DNA of 32,047 nt from a virus. Taxonomy: Duplodnaviria; Caudoviricetes. Below the pieces are notes generated by a model that was not told where the DNA came from, ran no database searches, and saw only the letters and a list, made by a program, of their open reading frames with translations. The stretch covers positions 1 through 32,047 of the IMG/VR virus record IMGVR_UViG_3300012942_000100; one strand, given 5' to 3'. The position numbers were made by a program, and so were the translations under genes. Below are positions 16,478-23,703 of the stretch, piece by piece. Each line of letters begins with the position of its first letter. Position 1 is the first letter of the stretch.

Positions 16478-17825
16478 GAGCCAACGTATCGCTCTGGAAC
16501 GCCTCACCGAGTCAGGTCGCCACTATGCCGCTCTGTGGGCTGAGCCACGTAGCGGCAAGACGGCCGTGGCTCTCAAGTGGCTGGAGCACGTGCAGCCCGA
16601 GGTTGCTGTCATAGTCGGTCCCAAGATTGCTGAAGGCACCTGGCGTACAGAGGCTGCCAAGTGGCTGGAGGTAGACCACAGGTTCTACCCGTTGACAGCT
16701 GGTAACGAGTACCCGGACCCGTGGCAGTTCAGGGGAATGACACTCCTGTTTGTCAACTATGAGCAGTTCGGTAAGATGCCATGGAAGCGCCTACGTCCGT
16801 ACCTAGCTAAGCTGGCCAAGCTAGCTGGTGACAAGGGTGCTATGCTACTTGACGAGAGCCATATGATCAAGACACCTAACAGTGTTACTGGTCGTAATAT
16901 TCGTCCTCTGGCTGCTCAGTGGCATTACAGGCTACTCATGACCGGAACACCTGTCACTAATCCGGACCAGGTAGACGCTGTGTATGGCCAGTGGACGTTC
17001 CTGAATCCAGACATACGCGACAACTGGCCTACAGCGCGTGACTTCCGTGAACACTTTGGCGAGTGGACAAACGTCAAAGGTTACCCCGAGCTGATACGAC
17101 CACGAAACCAATATGAGCTGAACAGCTACATCCAGTCTGACGTCATCACGATGGTTGGACCTGGGGAGCCTGTACCTGTGCGCAAGATCACCTACCCAGT
17201 ACCGGCTCAGGTGCTGGCCTGGCACAAGGCCATGCTCAAGAAGGGTGTGTTCGAGCTAGACGGTCACGACATTGTTGGGCTCAACCCACTGACACGACTT
17301 CTGCGCATGCGCATGCTGGTGGCTGGCTGGGTAAAGGACGACATGGGCCAGAGCATTACCGTGCAGGCTTCCGCCCGTGCCCGGCTGGCAGCTCTCGGTA
17401 ACGTGGTAAAGCGGTGTGACGGTAAGATCATCATAGCCTGCACTCACCTGCATGAGGTGAAGCTCGTGAGGCGCTGGCTACGACGCAGAGGCATCGGTCA
17501 CCTGGTGATCACTGGGGCCACACGTGAGAAGAACGCCGTCATTGACAACTTCCAGCACGACCCTGCCGCGCGCGTGCTGCTGGTACAGCCGCGCACTGTG
17601 GCCATGGCGGTGGACATCAGCGTAGCAAACGACCTTATCTGGTACACCAGCGACTTCAACTACGTCACGTTCAAGCAGGCCAGTGACCGCATCAAGCTGA
17701 GCCCGGCCAACCCTACAGTGTGGTTCCTGTGTGGCTGTGGCACTGTGGACCAGGACGTGTGGGCCACACTGCAGGAAGACCACGACCACCTACGCAAAGT
17801 CATCCGCCGCATCCGCAAGCCCTAG
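16464..17825 (+). CDS. SF2 (SNF2-like) DNA helicase
   Basis: LRESQ Q-motif, PRSGKT, LLDESH, MTGTP and QASDRI motifs. Confidence 0.9.
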   Translation: MELRESQRIALERLTESGRHYAALWAEPRSGKTAVALKWLEHVQPEVAVIVGPKIAEGTWRTEAAKWLEVDHRFYPLTAGNEYPDPWQFRGMTLLFVNYEQFGKMPWKRLRPYLAKLAKLAGDKGAMLLDESHMIKTPNSVTGRNIRPLAAQWHYRLLMTGTPVTNPDQVDAVYGQWTFLNPDIRDNWPTARDFREHFGEWTNVKGYPELIRPRNQYELNSYIQSDVITMVGPGEPVPVRKITYPVPAQVLAWHKAMLKKGVFELDGHDIVGLNPLTRLLRMRMLVAGWVKDDMGQSITVQASARARLAALGNVVKRCDGKIIIACTHLHEVKLVRRWLRRRGIGHLVITGATREKNAVIDNFQHDPAARVLLVQPRTVAMAVDISVANDLIWYTSDFNYVTFKQASDRIKLSPANPTVWFLCGCGTVDQDVWATLQEDHDHLRKVIRRIRKP

Positions 17826-17871
17826 AGTGGCTAGGACAAAAGATCTATTTCAGAAATTATCTGTTTTGGGC

Positions 17872-17900
17872 TTGCATTGCTGTGCCAGGTCAGGCATACT
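17872..17900 (+). promoter_or_regulatory. Promoter for the basic protein and tRNA-like RNA
   Basis: TTGCAT-N17-CATACT with an AT-rich upstream tract. Confidence 0.6.
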
Positions 17901-17957
17901 AACTCTTGTCAGCGGCACCCGCCGCAACTCACAGGCCCATCAATCAAGGAGATCACA

Positions 17958-18338
17958 ATGGCCACCAAGAACACCGCCGCTGTCGAAGAGGTCGAGGAGA
18001 CCACGGCCGAGCCGACCACCAAGCAGCTCATCGGAGAGGGCATCGCAAAGGTCATCGAGGCGACCGGCATCGACGTCCAGAAGAACCGCTACAAGGCCAT
18101 GCGTGCCATCGCCTACCAGGCGTTCAGCGACGCGATCGAAGAGGGCACGTTCGACGACCTCGTCGAGTCGGCCATCGCCAACGTCGACAACCTGCCCAGC
18201 GGCTGGGAGATCGAGCGCGCGCCCAAGGAGGACGAGAAGCCGGTCGCCAAGAAAACGCCGGCGAAGGCCCCGGCCAAGAAGCCGGTCGCCAAGTCCGCGG
18301 CTGCCAAGCCCGCCGCGCGCCCGCGTCCGCGCCGCTAG
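17958..18338 (+). CDS. 126-aa protein with histone-H1/HupB-like PAKK tail
   Basis: AAGGAG RBS; C-terminus KPVAKKTPAKAPAKKPVAKSAAAKPAARPRPRR. Confidence 0.8.
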   Translation: MATKNTAAVEEVEETTAEPTTKQLIGEGIAKVIEATGIDVQKNRYKAMRAIAYQAFSDAIEEGTFDDLVESAIANVDNLPSGWEIERAPKEDEKPVAKKTPAKAPAKKPVAKSAAAKPAARPRPRR

Positions 18339-18344
18339 CAAGAC

Positions 18345-18388
18345 CAACGGCCAGCAGCTTAACCCCCCGGGCTGCTGGCCGTTGCTTT
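18345..18388 (+). terminator. 14-bp hairpin with short U-tract (leaky terminator or processing signal)
   Basis: CAACGGCCAGCAGC (18345-18358) pairs with GCTGCTGGCCGTTG (18371-18384), followed by CTTT. Confidence 0.6.
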
Positions 18389-18389
18389 C

Positions 18390-18538
18390 GGGACTGTAGC
18401 TCAACGGTAGAGCATCGAGAGCAGATAAGTTGTCCTAGTCCTCAGCAGGACCGGGTATTCGCGCTATCTGGAGCCGACTAAGCCTCAAGGTTATGAGGAG
18501 AAGCTTTCGAGATGTAGGTTCGAATCCTGCCAGTTCCA
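18390..18538 (+). ncRNA. tRNA-Ala-like RNA with an 80-nt structured insert in place of the anticodon loop
   Basis: Acceptor GGGACTG/CAGTTCC plus A; D arm GCTC-AACGGTA-GAGC; stem TCGAGAGC/GCTTTCGA; T arm GTAGG-TTCGAAT-CCTGC. Confidence 0.75.
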
Positions 18539-18761
18539 CGATCCCCTCATAATTACCGGGGATGCTCCTAGGCAATTGGACGCCGAGCCCTAGAGACGCG
18601 CGGGACAGCCGAAGAGCGCACAACTGAATACCTGGACACAGTTGCTCCTGGGCTTTGCCAGGCGTGTCAGTTCCTACGTTGCTACCCAGCTTGGGTCTAG
18701 GACAGCAGGCGGTCTTGCACTCCGTGGAACGTGCTCCTACCCACTTTGGAGGAGTCCACCA

Positions 18762-20615
18762 ATGGAGCTGTACGTAACAGACAGCCTAGCTGAGACCAGA
18801 GAGTATCTGGCTCAGAGCAATAGCCACATCATTACCGACATTGAGACCACGTCTCTGTCGGTAGGTCAGGGACAGCTGCTGTGCGTAGGATTCGCGCCGT
18901 ACGACAGAGAAGACGTGCTGGTGTGGTGGCCCGAGACCGAGGAAGACATTGCACGTCTCGCCATCAGCAAGATGACTGCTCACAACAGCCCGTTTGAGCG
19001 TAGATGGCTCAAGAGCTATGGTGCCAAGGTGCACACTACGTGGGACACCATGTTCATGGCACATCTGCTAGATGAGAATCACCCCATCGGTCTCAAGGAC
19101 CTGGGCATGCGTCTGCTCGGATATGAGGACTGGGGAGACGACAACGTAGCAGGGTTCGGTAGTGAGTTTGGTCAGTTCTGGACTGATCGCCACCTACCCA
19201 CAAAGTCAAAGTCACGGGTCAGCAAATACAATGGCATGGACGTTCACGTCACTCGTGAGTTAGAGCGGTGGCAGCGCAAGCACATAGCCAAGAACTTGAA
19301 GCCTGGCGAGAATCCCGTGCACGTCATGCGCCACATCATGATTCCTGCTGTGGTACCTCTTAGCCAGATGGAGGACAACAAACTACCGGTTCGACTCAGC
19401 GTGGTGAAGAAGACACGCGAGAAGGTCGAGCAGCAGATCGCAGATATCGAGCGCAAGCTAGACCGCAGTATCCCAGATGTGGACAAGTGGCCTGACTGGC
19501 TCAAGAAGACCAAGCCTAAGTGGGGCAACACTAACTGGACCAAGTGGTGGCTATTCGTCTACCAGGGCGCTCTCTGCCCGGCACGCGGCAAGCCCACCAA
19601 GACCTGGCCCGAGGGCAACCCCAGCCTAGCTGCTGAGAACCTCTCCAAGATCGACCACCCGGCAGCACGTCTGCTTACCGAGCGCGGCAGCTTATACAAG
19701 CAGCTCACCGGATTCCTTGTGCCTATTGAGCAGCGCACCAAGGATGGCAGAATCGGCACTAGCTTCAGTCTCACCGGTACCGTCACGGGTCGCCTGAGCA
19801 GCAGTAGCCCCGGCAAGCACGACCCAGGGCTCAACAGCCAGCAGATTCCACGAGATAAGGCCACACGTAACCTGTTCGGTGAGCGCGGGCAGGCATGGAT
19901 TGAGGCCGACTTCAGCCAGCTTGAGCTACGTGTGGCCGCGGTGATGTCTAACGAACCTAACATGATCAGCCTGTTCGAGGCTGGCGAGGACATTCACACC
20001 TACATCGGTAGGCGTGTGACACGTAGTGAGACTCTCACCAAGGAGCAGCGCAGCCTCGCCAAAGGTGTCAACTTCGGCTTCCTCTACGGCATGATGGCTA
20101 AGCACTTTGCCAATTACGTGTTTGAGAACTACGGTGTGAAGATTACACCCAAAGAGGCAGAGGCGTTCCGTGAGGAGTACTTCACTACCTTCAGCGCTCT
20201 ACCTGATTGGTACCGTAAGCAGCGTCGTGAGGCCCTAGAGTATGGCGGAGTACATAACGAGTTCGGTAGGTTCCGTCACCTGCCACGCGTGTATCATAGC
20301 GACTTCTGGGTACAGGAGAATGCGTTCCGTCAGGCTATCAACAGCCCGGTACAGTCTACCGGTAGCGACTTTATGCTTATTAGCCTGGCTAGGCTTGGCG
20401 GGGACTTGCGCTTGCGCCAGCTAGGTGCCAAACTTATTACAACCGTTCACGATTCTGTGTGCCTAACGGCACCCTACAAGACAGCACGTCGAGTAGGTAG
20501 AATTGTCAAAGAAACAATGGAACAGGCCGATGACACGCTCCCCAGAAAGTTCTTCCTCAAAGCCGACGTCACAATCTCCCGATGCTGGGGTGGCGAACCA
20601 CTCGCAGAGTTCTGA
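18762..20615 (+). CDS. polA: Family A DNA polymerase with 3'-5' exonuclease
   Basis: GGAGG RBS; DIET ExoI, TVTGRLSSS, ADFSQLELR, AKGVNFGFLYG and VHDS motifs; no 5'-3' exonuclease domain. Confidence 0.95.
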   Translation: MELYVTDSLAETREYLAQSNSHIITDIETTSLSVGQGQLLCVGFAPYDREDVLVWWPETEEDIARLAISKMTAHNSPFERRWLKSYGAKVHTTWDTMFMAHLLDENHPIGLKDLGMRLLGYEDWGDDNVAGFGSEFGQFWTDRHLPTKSKSRVSKYNGMDVHVTRELERWQRKHIAKNLKPGENPVHVMRHIMIPAVVPLSQMEDNKLPVRLSVVKKTREKVEQQIADIERKLDRSIPDVDKWPDWLKKTKPKWGNTNWTKWWLFVYQGALCPARGKPTKTWPEGNPSLAAENLSKIDHPAARLLTERGSLYKQLTGFLVPIEQRTKDGRIGTSFSLTGTVTGRLSSSSPGKHDPGLNSQQIPRDKATRNLFGERGQAWIEADFSQLELRVAAVMSNEPNMISLFEAGEDIHTYIGRRVTRSETLTKEQRSLAKGVNFGFLYGMMAKHFANYVFENYGVKITPKEAEAFREEYFTTFSALPDWYRKQRREALEYGGVHNEFGRFRHLPRVYHSDFWVQENAFRQAINSPVQSTGSDFMLISLARLGGDLRLRQLGAKLITTVHDSVCLTAPYKTARRVGRIVKETMEQADDTLPRKFFLKADVTISRCWGGEPLAEF

Positions 20616-20718
20616 GCCCTTGTGGGTATGTGAATGCGACGGGTGCTGGGGCTGCTCTGGCCATGAGCCTGGGTGCACCTGTGATGTCGACTGGGAGGAA
20701 GTCTACAATGCCCGCTAG
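20590..20718 (+). CDS. Cys-rich micro-protein (start uncertain)
   Basis: ...WVCECDGCWGCSGHEPGCTCDVDWEEVYNAR fills the gap between polymerase and exonuclease. Confidence 0.45.
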   Translation: MANHSQSSEPLWVCECDGCWGCSGHEPGCTCDVDWEEVYNAR

Positions 20719-21871
20719 TAAACTTCCAAGCACGGGCACCAAGCCCGGCAACAAGGCGTGGCGCGGTACACGTGGTACGTGGCCCAAGACAGAAGACGGT
20801 CGCCTGGTCATCACTCAGTCCATGGTCAGTGGATTCGTCGAGTGCCCCCGAGAGACCTACTACGGAATCGTGCTAGGCTTGCGCCCACGCTTGGAGAGTA
20901 AGCCACTCACTCGTGGCACATGGGTACACGCCCTGCTGGAGGAGCGTGGCCGTGGTGGCGATTGGAAGGCCAAGCACAAGGAGCTGCTGGCTGCTGCCCG
21001 TGATCAGCAGTTCGACGAGGAAGTCGACATCCTTGCTGAGGAGTGCTTCAACATAGTGCTGAGCTATGAGTTCGCGCACAGACGTGAGGCACTCAAGCCT
21101 ATAGCCGTGGAGCTCACTGTAGAGCGACCCATGTTCCGAGACAAGGTTCTGTATCGCGGTCGTATCGACATCATCTGGATGGACGAGCAGGGCGACGTGT
21201 GGCTGGGCGACCACAAGACCCACGCCACCCTACCGGACTGGCGCTACCGTGAGCTAGCGTTCCAGCATTACTCGTACCTGTGGGCTGCTGCCAAGAGCCC
21301 TGAATACGCTGCCCTGCGCTACCGTGGCAAGCCGCTGCCGCAGCCTAAAGGATTCATCTACGACTACTGCCGTACTGGCGCTATCAAGACCCCGACTCTT
21401 ACCCAGTCTGGCAAGATTAGCCGTCAGCTCAAGCCCAGTGGCACCACGTACCCCGTGTTCATCAAGTGGCTCAAAGACATGGGTATGATGACCACTATCC
21501 ACGGCAAGAACTTGCTCGCCATAGAGGACGCCAAGGAGCGTGCCTACGTGGAGGAGTTCATCGTAGAGCTCCGCAACCGTGACTACAGCGATCTGTTCCG
21601 CAGGGACAAGCTGGTGTTCGACTCAGCCCAGGCCGAGCGCCAGCGTAAGAGCTTCTACACCAGCGCCAAGAGGCTGCTCACGTACAAGTGGGATGACCCT
21701 GATTGTGTGGAGCGAAACCTACATGCGTGCAGCGGGTTCATGTGCAACTACAAAGACCTCACCGTGGCGGACCTTATGCACGGTACTAGCGAGATCGAAC
21801 AGCGTACTCGATACGTTACTACTCGTGACCCGCTGGATTACTATCCTAACCAGAAGAAGGGCAAGAAATGA
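20708..21871 (+). CDS. PD-(D/E)XK (Cas4/RecB-like) exonuclease
   Basis: GGAGG RBS; ECPRETYY, RGTWVHALLE, GRIDII, GDHKT, QHYSYLW and C-terminal Cys cluster. Confidence 0.88.
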   Translation: MPASKLPSTGTKPGNKAWRGTRGTWPKTEDGRLVITQSMVSGFVECPRETYYGIVLGLRPRLESKPLTRGTWVHALLEERGRGGDWKAKHKELLAAARDQQFDEEVDILAEECFNIVLSYEFAHRREALKPIAVELTVERPMFRDKVLYRGRIDIIWMDEQGDVWLGDHKTHATLPDWRYRELAFQHYSYLWAAAKSPEYAALRYRGKPLPQPKGFIYDYCRTGAIKTPTLTQSGKISRQLKPSGTTYPVFIKWLKDMGMMTTIHGKNLLAIEDAKERAYVEEFIVELRNRDYSDLFRRDKLVFDSAQAERQRKSFYTSAKRLLTYKWDDPDCVERNLHACSGFMCNYKDLTVADLMHGTSEIEQRTRYVTTRDPLDYYPNQKKGKK

Positions 21872-22560
21872 TCTACTGCATCTATGGCAGGCCCAAGGTC
21901 GGTAAGACCACGCTCGCCCTGAAGGACGCACCGCGTGGCAAGACGGCTGTGTTCAGTGCGGACCAGGGTCTGCTCGGTATCAACACTACCGGCATGACCA
22001 TTCTGGAAGATCTCAGCTCCAAAGCCATCAACCATACGGTCAACGGCACATTCCTCGCCAAGCACCAGAGGTTCGTCATCGACACGGCCAGCAGCTTGCA
22101 CACCCTGTTCCAGCAGGAGAGCGCTGGTGGCCCTGGCGCACAGATCCGTAAGCAGGACTTCGGTGTGGCCAACAACGCTCTGGCCACACTCGTGCGCACC
22201 CTGCGAGACAGCAAGAAGGAAGTCATCATCCTAGCTCAGGAGCGCCTCATTGTGCCCGGCCAGGGCCTAGGCGCGGACGGCAAGGAAGAGTGGACTCCGG
22301 AGGACGTGGACGAGGACAGTGTAGCCATGACCACGGTGGACCTCAGTGCTGGTGCTGCCAGCGCCGTTCTGCAGATGTCAGACGTCATCGGTAGGCTGTA
22401 CATCGCCCACGTCAACGAGAAGCCTGTGCGACGCCTCTGGCTCGGTCCTAGCAGCAGCATCATCGCTGGTGCGCGCAGCGACACCTACCACGGCACTCCG
22501 CCGTACCTCAAGCAGCCAAGCATAGCACGGCTCAACCAGCTTCTCGGCTGGACCCGCTAG
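21868..22560 (+). CDS. AAA_24 / Sak4-like ATPase
   Basis: IYGRPKVGKTT Walker A, VIDTAS Walker B, SDVIGRL; between exonuclease and SSB-like genes. Confidence 0.85.
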   Translation: MIYCIYGRPKVGKTTLALKDAPRGKTAVFSADQGLLGINTTGMTILEDLSSKAINHTVNGTFLAKHQRFVIDTASSLHTLFQQESAGGPGAQIRKQDFGVANNALATLVRTLRDSKKEVIILAQERLIVPGQGLGADGKEEWTPEDVDEDSVAMTTVDLSAGAASAVLQMSDVIGRLYIAHVNEKPVRRLWLGPSSSIIAGARSDTYHGTPPYLKQPSIARLNQLLGWTR

Positions 22561-22589
22561 TCGAGATCACATAAGAGAAGGATACTCAA

Positions 22590-23405
22590 ATGGCTATGAA
22601 GAAGATCCGCCTGGACTTCACCAAGACCGAAGAGCGCTCGGGCTGGAACACCCGGCACATCGAAGAAGGTCTGTACAAGATGAAGATCGCAGGCGTGCAG
22701 GAGACCGAGGCGCAGGACGGCACGGCCATGCTGGTCTACAGCCTGGTCCCCACGGACAGCCGGTACAAGAGCCGCAACTTCCCGTACTACTGCAAGCTCC
22801 AGGCCAACCAGCTCTGGAAGCTTCGCGACCTGCTGGTGGCTGCTGGCCAGACCGTGCCCAAGAAGGCGCTTGCCATCGACCCCAGCGTGGTCGTCGGCAA
22901 GTTCGTAGCGGCCGAGGTAGAGGACGACAGCTACCAGGGAAACGTGCGGTCCAGTGTCAACGGCACGTACGGACTCGACATCCTCGACGAGAACGAGCAG
23001 GGTGGTGGCGGTCTGGACGAGTTCTCGGGTGACGAGGACGACGAGGAGGAGTACGACGAGCCCGAGGAAGACGAAGCAGAAGAGGAGGACGAGGACCTCA
23101 GCACCCTCAGCCTCGCTGAGCTTCGCAAGCGCGCCAAGGATCTCGGCGTGGCAACGGCAGGCCTCAAGAAGGACGACCTGATCGACGCCATCGCAGACGC
23201 CGAGGGCGATGCCGAGGAAGAGGAGGACGACGAAGACGAGGACGACCTCGACGACGAAGACCTCGCTGACGAGGAAGACGACGAGGAGTACGAGGACGAC
23301 GAGGAAGAGGAGGAGCCTGAGCCTGCTCCCAAGCGTCGTTCCGCCCCGGCGCGCAAGCCTGCTGCCAAGGCAGCTCCGGCCCGTCGCGTGGTCAAGCGCC
23401 GCTAG
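22590..23405 (+). CDS. DUF669-like SSB with acidic tracts and Rho_N/HeH-like domain
   Basis: EEGLYKMKI...LWKLRDLLVAAG...VVGK core; LSLAELRKRAKDLG...KKDDLIDAI; long D/E runs. Confidence 0.7.
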   Translation: MAMKKIRLDFTKTEERSGWNTRHIEEGLYKMKIAGVQETEAQDGTAMLVYSLVPTDSRYKSRNFPYYCKLQANQLWKLRDLLVAAGQTVPKKALAIDPSVVVGKFVAAEVEDDSYQGNVRSSVNGTYGLDILDENEQGGGGLDEFSGDEDDEEEYDEPEEDEAEEEDEDLSTLSLAELRKRAKDLGVATAGLKKDDLIDAIADAEGDAEEEEDDEDEDDLDDEDLADEEDDEEYEDDEEEEEPEPAPKRRSAPARKPAAKAAPARRVVKRR

Positions 23406-23409
23406 TACC

Positions 23410-23703
23410 ATGGATGAGGCAGAGGTAGTCCGGCGTATGCTGGGTGTCCTCAATGCCTTGCCAGGGGTGTTCGCTATCCGTACACACGGTGGCACATTCC
23501 AGGCCAAGGGCACACCTGATGTTATGGGGTGTGCCCTTGGTCACTTCTTTGCCATAGAGGCTAAGAAGACAGCGCGTGAGAAGCCGAGTACTGCTCAGCT
23601 GTACATGCTCAAGAAGTTCACTAAGGCTGGCGGAAAGACATTCGTTAGCTACGATCCCAAGGCTCAGGAAGTAGTACAGTGGATAATGAGTCTCTCGAAC
23701 TGA
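23410..23703 (+). CDS. VRR-Nuc domain nuclease / resolvase
   Basis: GTPDV...FFAIEAK...PSTAQ...AGG motifs. Confidence 0.88.
   Translation: MDEAEVVRRMLGVLNALPGVFAIRTHGGTFQAKGTPDVMGCALGHFFAIEAKKTAREKPSTAQLYMLKKFTKAGGKTFVSYDPKAQEVVQWIMSLSN

Noticed and set aside
18390-18538. Canonical tRNA, intron-containing tRNA or standard tmRNA
   Set aside because: No 7-nt YU-NNN-R anticodon loop can be formed; 80 nt is too short for a group I intron; the RNA is far shorter than tmRNA and keeps a D stem. Kept as a tRNA-like ncRNA.
18642-18761. 40-aa N-terminal extension of the polymerase in the ORF track
   Set aside because: TTG start without RBS; ATG 18762 has GGAGG and the upstream sequence looks like structured RNA.
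20708-21871. CRISPR-Cas system suggested by a Cas4-like nuclease
   Set aside because: No repeat-spacer array or other cas genes seen; context is a phage recombination module.
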